DNA of 33,324 nucleotides from positions 1 through 33,324 of the forward strand of contig NW_021832046.1 in NCBI RefSeq assembly GCF_006345805.1, read 5' to 3'. This document shows positions 10,775-19,763 of this stretch, piece after piece; the stretch's first letter is position 1, and every line of letters starts with the position of its first letter. The translations under genes and the position numbers were made by a program. Source of the DNA: Octopus sinensis. Taxonomy: Eukaryota. The notes beneath the pieces were generated by a model. The model searched no databases, had not been told where the DNA came from, and worked only from the letters and a program-made list of their open reading frames with translations.

Positions 10775-11880
10775 CGGACCCATATCTTGCCCAGGATATT
10801 AATCGTCTGGAAACCGTTCAGCGACGTGCAACCAAGAGAATGCCCTCCATCAAGCATTTGCCATATTCTGAACACCTTACTTCCCTGGGAATGGATACAC
10901 TGAAACTCCGACGTATGGCAGCTGACTTGGCAGACACCCATAATATTATTAACCATCTTATTGTGTTGGCCGGAAAGTTCGTGCCGATTTATAGTAGCTT
11001 ACCTTTCGACTTATTTTAGAACATGGTTGAGTCCATAAAATAGGATTTGACAACTCCATTTAGAGCACAGTTTAAGCTATCTTTTCGTGGAGAAGGTCTA
11101 TGCTCCTATAACCTCTCTTAATTCTGTAATCCTTTAAGATGGAAGATAATAAAATTCATTTTCGGCACTTGATGCTTTGGGAACCAGACAAAAATTGCTG
11201 TGTTATCCCACCCTCCATATTCACAGATATTGCTCCTTCGGATTTCCACTTATTCAGGTCTCTGCAGAATAGTCTTAATGGTAAACATTTCAATTCCTTG
11301 GATGACATAAAAAGATACCTTGAGGAATTCTTTGCCATGAAAACACCTCAATTCTGGGAAGAGGGTATTTTCAAGTTAAAGGAAAGATGGAGAAGCATTG
11401 TGCAAGAAAATTGTTCATATTTGGTTGATTAAAAATGTACTGGCAAGTATGTATTGACCTTGATGAATTCTTTGCCATGAAACCACCTCAATTCTGGGAA
11501 GAGGGTATTTTCAAGTTAAAGGAAAGATGGAGACGCATTGTGCAACAAAAGGATTCATATTTGGTTGATTAAAAATGTAATGGCAAGTATTTATTGACCC
11601 TTTTCTTTCTTTTAAAAATCGGCACGAACTTTCCGGACAACCCAATACTAACAATAACTCTAAGCACCTTTTTAAACTCCACCTGTCTAACACCCGTGGA
11701 CATGTTTACAAAGTCAGAAAACAGCACAGCTCCCTTGACTTTTGGAAACATTTTTTCACGCTAAGAGTTGTTGAAGCATGGAACAAACTGCCGGCATCAG
11801 TTGTTAGTTGTCGGAGCACTGCATCCTCAAAATTTCCATGCTTCCTGAGATTCACCAACACTACACCTGATTTTCTCCCC
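10775..11880 (+). mobile_element. CR1/L2-type LINE 3' fragment split by a mariner (10775-10960 and 11646-11880)
   Basis: PYLAQDINRLETVQRRATKRMP...LKLRRMAADL...IINHL|TNNN...NTRGHVYKV...FFTLRVVEAWNKLP. The frame is restored when the mariner and one TA are removed. Confidence 0.85.
10961..11645 (+). mobile_element. internally deleted non-autonomous mariner with duplicated 3' segment
   Basis: TIRs TTGTGTTGGCCGGAAAGTTCGTGCCGATTT / AAATCGGCACGAACTTTCCGGACAACCCAA and TA TSD (10959-60, 11646-47). ORF remnant 11139-11432; ~140-bp tandem duplication at 11317-11600. Confidence 0.93.
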
Positions 11881-11899
11881 TCCATAAACACGCAAGCAT

Positions 11900-12440
11900 G
11901 TATCTGACTCATACACTGTTTGGGAGTGGCACTTCTTCACACATCTCTCCTCATCCATCCATAATACATGAACATACCAACGCAAACGTCTCTCCTGCAC
12001 GCTGCATCCTATGCTTCTTATGCCCAACACTATTCTCAGGTCGCTTACACTCTGTCGTGTGTACACACTGATATTACACATCCAGTGGATCATGCTAGCT
12101 TTATTTCATTCGAGCCTACGCATGTCCTCCGCAGTCACAGCATATCTCCAGAGCTCTCGGTCTTTCGTCATCGCCTCTGTGAGGCCCAACGTGCCACCGG
12201 CACAGGTATCACAACTACAATATCCATTTGACTTTTATTTTGATGTTGATGTTGATATACTTGACTCAATAGGTCTCCTCAAGAACAGCAGGTCACTCTA
12301 CGATCCAAGGTTAGCACAGTAGGCCATCCTGCGAGCCATGGACTCACTTCATTTGTCGGGTCTTCGCAGTCACAGCATATCTCCAGAGGTCTCCGTCTTT
12401 CGTCATCGCCTCGATAATCATGCTTCACCAGCCCTTCATA
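11900..12440 (-). mobile_element. decayed RTE 3' fragments
   Basis: RSIGCSVQERRLRWYVHVLWMDEERCVKKC is homologous to 20571-20786. A ~57-bp segment is duplicated at 12121 and 12355. Confidence 0.75.
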
Positions 12441-12564
12441 TTAAACACATTCTGATAACTAGAAAAAAAATATTCATCGCTTCCTGTTTACCATTTTCGT
12501 CTCTCTTTTTCTCTTTTTAATTTGTGTTCCTCAAATCTAATTTTAAATTTTTAATTATTTCTAG

Positions 12565-15103
12565 ATTGTTCGAAGAATAAAACAACACAAGAAGAAATGA
12601 AACCTGTTTGGCAGCATTAGAATTTTTCCGGCCTTTGCTATGAAAGAACCGGAAGTTATTCAGAGATTTCCAGAAGCTGAGACGATTTCCGATGAGAATG
12701 ACACCACCAAGCTTTTCAATAAAGACCACAACTATTTCTCGGTAGAAGAGAAATGCGGAGTGTTAATGTCGGACAGCTTAGCTAAAAACGAGAACGGGGA
12801 TTTAGATAAAAATGCTTTAGATTCAGTTGTTTCGGATGATTTTCGAAATGGAAAAACTCATTTGTTATCGCTTCAAAGTGAAAACCAAGAGGATTGTATA
12901 CTTCCTGGGGATATAACGAGAGAAACGTCTAGAATTAACCGACCTCGATTTGATGCACGTTTTCGGACTAATTCGTTGGATTCAGCATTTAGTGAAGACT
13001 CGCTTATTGATTTTGAAGGTGGTGAAGATTCAAAGCTTGAATCGATTATAGATCAATTGATTTTCTATCCAGACGATCTCCAGACTGATCTTTCGAGTTA
13101 TGTGAAATCGGATAACAATTCTACTTTTAATGATATTGATAGCTTTGATGTGAACGATCTGTTTTGCTCAGACGCCATTTGCGATGATTCACAAATGGCT
13201 GCCGTCCATTCTTCAGATCTGGTCAATGCGGAAGGAAAATACGTCCGATTGCGAAGATCCCACATAAAACAGCAGAGTCATCGTTTCCTTATCAAACCTG
13301 ACACTTCGTTCCCAACGGTGGACATGAACGAATATCCAGAACTCGAAATACGACAATCAACAAACCATACATCGCCTTCGTCCCAGCTTATGGCTCGCTC
13401 AGATGTCGCTGCTGGCTACACAAATAGCGATCACGTGGGTTTAGATTCTCCTCACCTATAAACACAGATATTCTTAAAATGTCATTCAGTCATAAAGGTG
13501 AATCGTTAAAGAAAGATATAACAATTTCACCCCCGAAACTTTTACCGGATGCTGAGAATTACGGAAACGTAGATGAATATTGCGTGATTGATATTAATGG
13601 GAATGTCCAAAAGGACAACACAGCGCTTGTTTCTGATAATATGAAGTCTTCCCCAGGAGCAGTCGAACAGAAAGATGACTTATGAAAATAAAATGGAATC
13701 ATCTGGTAATGTTTTTGGAATTAGATCGATCGAAAAGGCAATGCCGTTCACAAGCTTCTGATAAGGATGTTTCTGGGAGGAATGAAGTGGAGAGCGACAC
13801 TCTTAAGGGAGATAACTCACTTTTAGAGCCATTATGTTTTTTTGATACTTTGGATTCGTATGATATGAAAAAATCTTATAAAGGTAATAAGGGATGGTTT
13901 TCAGTGAGGTTTGAATCGGAATCTGGGAGGTCGGAGAGGAATGGTTTAAAGACCCCAGGAAATGTAGAATTCGATGAACACATCGAAATGAAAAGCGAAT
14001 CTTCTGGAAATACGTTGAGTTGCATGAGCGAACAGTTAATGATGGAGAATTTGAACGGGCGAAAGCTGAACAGTTATCTAAGCCAAGAAAAGCACACGGA
14101 TATACGGGATTTGATTTCAAATAAGGACCGTTTAAAATCTGTTTTGAAAGATTTGGTTCTAAATAAAGACTATTTTGAACAAGATAAAACAAACCCTCTT
14201 TCGCCGACGGAGCAAAAGGCATCAGTAGAAGAGTTCAATACAAAATTATTGCGTTCCTTAGATGTTTTAGCGATTCTTTCTCCGCAGTCTCAGGGTTCTA
14301 ACGAAACGGAAATGTTAATTGAATCAGCTGATAATGAGGTTCCTTTTAAGACTAAGAAACGGTCAGTACACAACATGAATTTTCTCACAAAAAGTCCACA
14401 ACAGCCGGAAGGAACTAGCCAAGAAAACGCTGGCGGTAAAACACATGAATCAGAAATGGCTGACAGCTGTTTTGGGAGCTCCGGTGTATATAATAGGGAG
14501 TTGATTTTGAGAAAAGATCAACAGATCCCGATGTGCTGTCCTCAAAAAAATATCTGAAAAAATCGAAAGCAATTTTTCACCCTCGTTTAAGATATCATCG
14601 AATGATTCGGATACCAACCAAATTAAAGTTCCAAGGTTATCTTTAACCGGAAGCACTCGGTTGATTCGGTTCTAATGGAGGATAGTCTTCTACGTAAAGT
14701 CCTCACGGGTAACGTAACTTCACAGTCACCATTTTTCACAAATGGCCGATGCGTTAATGCGAAACAAAAACACTACCAAACGATGTTTCAGAACTCGATT
14801 GATCTTTCTAACTGCCCTATTGTCAATAAAACATTCGCAGGGATCAATAAATTTCCTCGGGATAAAAGTATCGGGATGTCAGAACTGGAGAAATATTTAC
14901 GAGGCCTGGTTCCGACGGTAGGCAACAACGAGGCCGTTAAAGATTCACAGGAGACAAACACAGATTTCGACAGGCGTTTAATATGCCCTAAATATCCAGG
15001 AAGGTCGTTTCTTAAAAGATTGCTTACCGGCGAAATAAATTCCGACATGTATTTTAAAATAGATGCCAAACTTTGCAAGCAGGAACGATCAGTCAACTCG
15101 TGA
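12565..15103 (+). CDS. large probable terminal coding exon of an unrecognised acidic/Ser-rich protein (~840 aa conceptual), with several frameshifts
   Basis: Four ORFs (273, 68, 291, 142 aa) tile 2.5 kb on one strand with similar composition and can be joined by 1-nt shifts at homopolymers. A T-rich tract plus TAG acceptor lies at 12562-12564 and AATAAA lies 51 nt after the stop. No repeat or TE motifs inside. Confidence 0.75.
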
Positions 15104-15154
15104 GGCGGATGAATATGGCGAGACATTACGAATATGAAGGCCCCTTATGAAAAT

Positions 15155-15160
15155 AATAAA
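15155..15160 (+). promoter_or_regulatory. candidate polyadenylation signal
   Basis: AATAAA shortly downstream of the TGA at 15101-15103, but in an AT-rich context. Confidence 0.35.
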
Positions 15161-15355
15161 CTGAATTAGAAAGAAAATTATATAAACCATAAATTTATAC
15201 GGATGCAATATTGATAGCATTTTATGAATATTTACACACACACACACACCCCACATACACACACATACATACATATATATATAATAATATATACATATAT
15301 AATATACATACATATATACATACATATATATTATACATATATATATATATATATA

Positions 15356-15399
<44 letters not shown>

Positions 15400-15438
15400 C
15401 ACATATATATATATAATATATATATACACATACATACA

Positions 15439-15568
15439 TACGACGGGCTTCTTTATTTTTTCCGTCTACCAAATTCACTCAAATGCCCGAGGTTATAGTA
15501 GAAGACACTTGCTTAAGGTGCCACGCAGGGGGACTGAACCCAGAACCATGTGGTTGGTAAGCAAGCTA
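15439..15568 (-). mobile_element. tRNA-derived SINE head (truncated)
   Basis: Reverse complement of AGCTTGCTTACCAACCACATGGTTCTGGGTTCAGTCCC...GAAGCCCGTCGTA; same family as the copies at 30625-32903. Confidence 0.85.
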
Positions 15569-15903
15569 TATATATAGATGCGTGTATTTTTCCCTTGTCA
15601 ACAATTAACACGGAAAAAATGGATAAATAGTTACCAGGGTAGCAAAAAATCACGCAAGTAAAGAGGTTGTTATTCCTTGTTTTTAAAGGTATAAACTTCG
15701 GGTTTTTACGTAGATTTTTGTATGATATATAAATAAATAAAATAAATGGAGTTTAACGCATGTGTAATTCAAATTCTTTTACTTCCGTGTTCGAAGATAT
15801 CACTGATATTATTCCAAAGGAATAAAATGGTGTAAAACAATGTAATCTTCTCTTCAGGGAAGTGAAAAAATGAAACTCGTCAATAAGACATTGTAACTGA
15901 AAA

Positions 15904-16286
15904 CTAGCATATTGCCCGGCGTTGCTCGGGTTTGTTTCGACCCTTTACAATTGGAATTTTTTGTAAAAGTAAAAAAATTTGCATTATGTAGCTTGTTATC
16001 TCTTTAAGTGAACATTTTTCTGAAATACATCGAAAAATGGCGACACAGCAGTCAAAAAATTGTAAAAAATAGGGATTTTCATAGAAAAAAGCACCTTTTT
16101 GGTGTAAATAATTTTTGGTGTTAACATGGTCCGATTTGAATTTTTTCTTCTACGGAAGGAAGAGCAAGCCTTCTATCATGCTCTCAATTTTGGTCAACGT
16201 GCGCTGCAGGGTCTCAGAGGAGATAATGTTAGTTGAAGGCTACCAAACCTGCCATACACAGACAACTTCAGCTTTATATATATAGA
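15904..16286 (-). mobile_element. non-autonomous Helitron (383 bp)
   Basis: Minus strand A|TCTATATATATAAAGCTGAAG ... AAACCCGAGCAACGCCGGGCAATATGCTAG|T. The empty AT site can be reconstructed from the homolog at 8450-8470. Confidence 0.88.
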
Positions 16287-16530
16287 TGGATATGTATAAT
16301 GATTTACTAAACGCTATTAATATTGTTTGAAAAAAAGTTACTGGATATAACGACAGTGGTAGCCTATAGAAAGAGGAGGGATAAATTAAGGAAAAGTTAA
16401 ATAAATGAGAAGTATATGACTATATGTATATTAAATAAAACCGTATAAACTAGGAAAATATATTTTTTTTTAGTACATACATATCCATCATTTTCTGTTA
16501 AAATGTCTTGTGGACGAGTTTCATTTCTTC

Positions 16531-16619
16531 ACTCCCCTGAAGAGAAGATTACATTGTTTTACACCATTTTATTCCTTTGGAATAATATCAGTGATATCTT
16601 CGAAAAATGTGTCGGAAGT
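16531..16619 (+). ncRNA. type I hammerhead-like ribozyme, family X
   Basis: ACUCCC CUGAAGA GAAGAU ... AUCUUC GAAA AAUGUG UC GGAAGU. Core intact, with one mismatch each in stems I and III. The partner copy at 15780-15863 (-) has lost the cleavage triplet. Confidence 0.65.
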
Positions 16620-16667
16620 AAAGGTATTTGAATTACACCTGCATTAAACACCATTTATATATATGTA

Positions 16668-16740
<73 letters not shown>

Positions 16741-16826
16741 TATAATACCCTCCCATCATGTGTTTGTATATGTACATGTGTAGCTGTGTGATGGGGGGTA
16801 TATATATACATATATATATAATGGTG

Positions 16827-16863
<37 letters not shown>

Positions 16864-17039
16864 ATATATATATAGATATATATATATAACCTTCAATCCC
16901 ACACCTACACACGTACATATATAAACACATACATATCTATATTGCCACAATGTTTTGTTAATATTAATTTTATATGGCATATATTTACATTTTTCTTTTC
17001 CTTTTAATTATGTGGTTCCGTGTGTGTATGTGTATATAT

Positions 17040-17100
<61 letters not shown>

Positions 17101-18192
17101 TTTCAACAATTGAGGGCAAAAATTAATTAATTATTAATCAATTTCACCAAGTGTTCAGTATGCAAAGGGACCATTCAAGGCGAATTCAAATTATTACATA
17201 TATAAAAGGGCTTAGTAAAAATAAATTACTTTGCCGCATACTGAACTCATTAGAAATAGCAGCTAAAAAACTTTTTAAGGCTTATTTCTAATACTTAAAG
17301 AAAATCTCTCTCATATATAGTGTTTGCATAAATTGAACTCACAAAAGTTTGGGGGTAATGACATCGAAAAATCAAATGCTAAGGTTATTCGAGAACGTAC
17401 GTTTCAAGATTAGTCCAAACAACATTTCTATCATCGGCTCGGAAATTCCTTGGTTTGGATTTGAAACACTGAAAATAAGAAACATACCCTCTCGAAGATC
17501 TGCTCCCAACTAACAGTGTCAACAAATTCAAAATAAGCAAGCGAAGAATCCTCTGTTCTCCCCCTTTCCCCCAGCGTGGGTTAAAATCATCAAACTCTAT
17601 GCTTATTTCGGTAAAGTCCGAAGCATTTAATCAGAGGGAGATTAATATAATTTCAACAATTGAATTCGCCTTGAATGGTCCCTTTGCATACTGAACACTT
17701 GGTGAAATTGATTATAATTAATTAATTTTGCCCTCAATTGTTGAAATTATAATTAATCTCCCTCTGATTAATGCTTCGGACTTACCGAAATAAGCATAGA
17801 GTTTGATGATTTTAACCCACGCTGGTGGAAAGGGGGAGAACAGAGATTCTTCGCTTGCTTATTTTGAATTTGTTGACACTGTTAGTTGGGAGCAGATCTT
17901 CGAGAGGGTATGTTCTTATTTTCAGTGTTTCCAAATCCAAACCAAGGAATTCCGAGCCGATGATAGAATGTTGTTTTGACTAATCTTGAAACGTACGTTC
18001 TCGAATAACCTTAGCATTTGATTTTTCGATGTCCATTACCCCCAAACTTTTGTGAGTTAAATTATGCAAACACTATATGAGAGAGATTTTCTTTAAGTAT
18101 TAGAAATAGCCTTAAAAAGTTTTTTAGTTGCTATTTCTAATGAGTTCAGTATGCGGCAAAGTAATTATTTTACTAAGCCCTTTTATATAATG

Positions 18193-18195
<3 letters not shown>
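17101..18195. repeat. 1.1-kb permuted inverted repeat A-B-rc(A)-rc(B), probably of Penelope pLTR origin
   Basis: A=17101-17188, B=17190-17660, rc(A)=17662-17745, rc(B)=17746-18195. Hammerhead-like motifs at 17390-17441 (-) and 17953-18003 (+). Confidence 0.9.
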
Positions 18196-18233
<38 letters not shown>

Positions 18234-18965
18234 TTTAGAAGGTTTGGAGATGATGTACAGGTATTATATATTAGAAGAAATGAGGTACTCAGAAATCTGG
18301 ATGGTTTTATATTTACATATTTCTATTAGTATGTTACCTGTTTTTATAAATCATATATATTATCAGCGCTTTCGTCACTCTGGTGGAGTTTTCATATTGA
18401 ACTAACTTTTGCAGGAATTTTGACCCTTTATATAGTATTATTGAGTGTGTAGGGGTGGGGGGAGAGATATAAGATAGTACAAGAGGGGTGGGGGGAATGG
18501 GGATAAAGTGAGATAGAGCGCGTTGTGTGTGTATGTGTGGTGCGTGTGTTTGTGTCTGAAAGAAGTGTAAAGAGAAAGAAAGGAAGAAGAAGGAAGAAAG
18601 AAGAAAAAAATTGTTGATATCTTTGCAGCTGGTCAGTCTTTCAATATTATGTGATTGTTGGTTTTAAGAAATGGCAAACCCAGCTGGTCACTCCAAGATT
18701 GGGGTGGGTGGGCAAAATGTCACTTTTCAAAAAATTGTCTGGATTTCCTTTTATCATTGTCTTGTGAGTTGTGTGTGTTGTGTATGTGCGCGCGGCGTTT
18801 GTGGTGGGTGTCTGAGTATCTGAAAGGAGCGTCAAATGGAAAATTATATGTATATGTATTTGTGTATATATATATATGTGTGTATGAGAATTCGTATGTT
18901 ATATGAGTGTAAGACTATCCGGTGCATGTTGGCAACCTTCATTTTTATGTGTCTTGATTATGTTT

Positions 18966-19430
18966 CCACTGAGGATTAAAAGTGCAATTTGTGCAATAAT
19001 TATGAAATCATATGATCTGCAGCTGAATCTGGTTTTAAAATGCTCGGTTCAAGAGTTGCATTCCATCGCATTCCATTGCTCTGCATTGAAACGATCGAAC
19101 TGCATTACCAATGGATATATTGTTCTGAAATGAAGACAGCATGTTCTTTGTCTATCTCCTTAACTTCTTGGAGATTTAAGGTAAAATTATACAAATGTGT
19201 CCATCTGTTTTAATTTAATTAAATTCTTTGTGCAGCTGAGGATTGCTCTGCATTTAGATTGATGTAATGATTACATTGTTCAATTAAATGGAGTCGCTTG
19301 AAACGATTGTACTGCATTACCCATGGATATCCTTGTTCTGAAGTGAAGACAGCATGTTCTTTGTCTATCTCCTTAACGTCTTAGAGATTTTAGGTAAAAT
19401 TATACAAATGTGTCCATCTGTTTTAATTTA

Positions 19431-19433
<3 letters not shown>
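18966..19433 (+). repeat. ~212-bp tandem repeat (about 1.6 units plus a degenerate lead-in) with hammerhead-like motifs
   Basis: GAAACGAT recurs at 19088 and 19300, and TGAAGACAGC at 19131 and 19344. The same family occurs at 26377-26849. Confidence 0.85.
19231..19316 (+). ncRNA. type I hammerhead-like motif with 57-nt structured stem II
   Basis: UGCAG CUGAGGA [57 nt] GAAA CGAUUG UA CUGCA. 5-bp stem I and GUA triplet. The insert folds as GCUC/GAGU, CAUUU/AAAUG, AUUGA/UCAAU and UGUAA/UUACA; the stem II closure is non-canonical. Confidence 0.65.
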
Positions 19434-19480
<47 letters not shown>

Positions 19481-19763
19481 CACACAATGAATATACACAC
19501 AATGATACACTCACAATATGTAGACATACACCTCCTGCGTCACAACGTCTAAATATGTACATGCATATATGTATGTGTGCATGTACGTTTCCAACTTTTG
19601 ATGGGTGTATACATATTTAGACGTTGTGAACGCAGGAGGTGTATGTCTACATATTGTGAGTGTATCATTGTGTATATTCATTTATATAATATGCATATAG
19701 ATATACATATATATATATATATATATATTTATATACTTATATACATATATATATACATATATA

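Larger units (their letters stand above)
15745..16655. mobile_element. inverted pair of family X pLTR-like repeats (minus 15745-16470 interrupted by a Helitron; plus 16495-16655)
   Basis: 16495-16655 is the reverse complement of 15745-15900. The minus copy aligns to 8296-8640 once 15904-16286 is removed. Confidence 0.8.

Noticed and set aside
13020-13200. DSFDVNDLFCSD resembling the PGC-1 N-terminal acidic domain
   Set aside because: Only a 5-residue match in low-complexity acidic sequence, internal in position, and no RS or RRM region follows. No gene symbol assigned.
18362-18400. Further hammerhead-like remnants at 18362-18400 (-), 25730-25770 (-) and 31935-31955 (+)
   Set aside because: Each lacks an intact CUGANGA or cleavage triplet. 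They are probably decayed Penelope ends but too degenerate to call.
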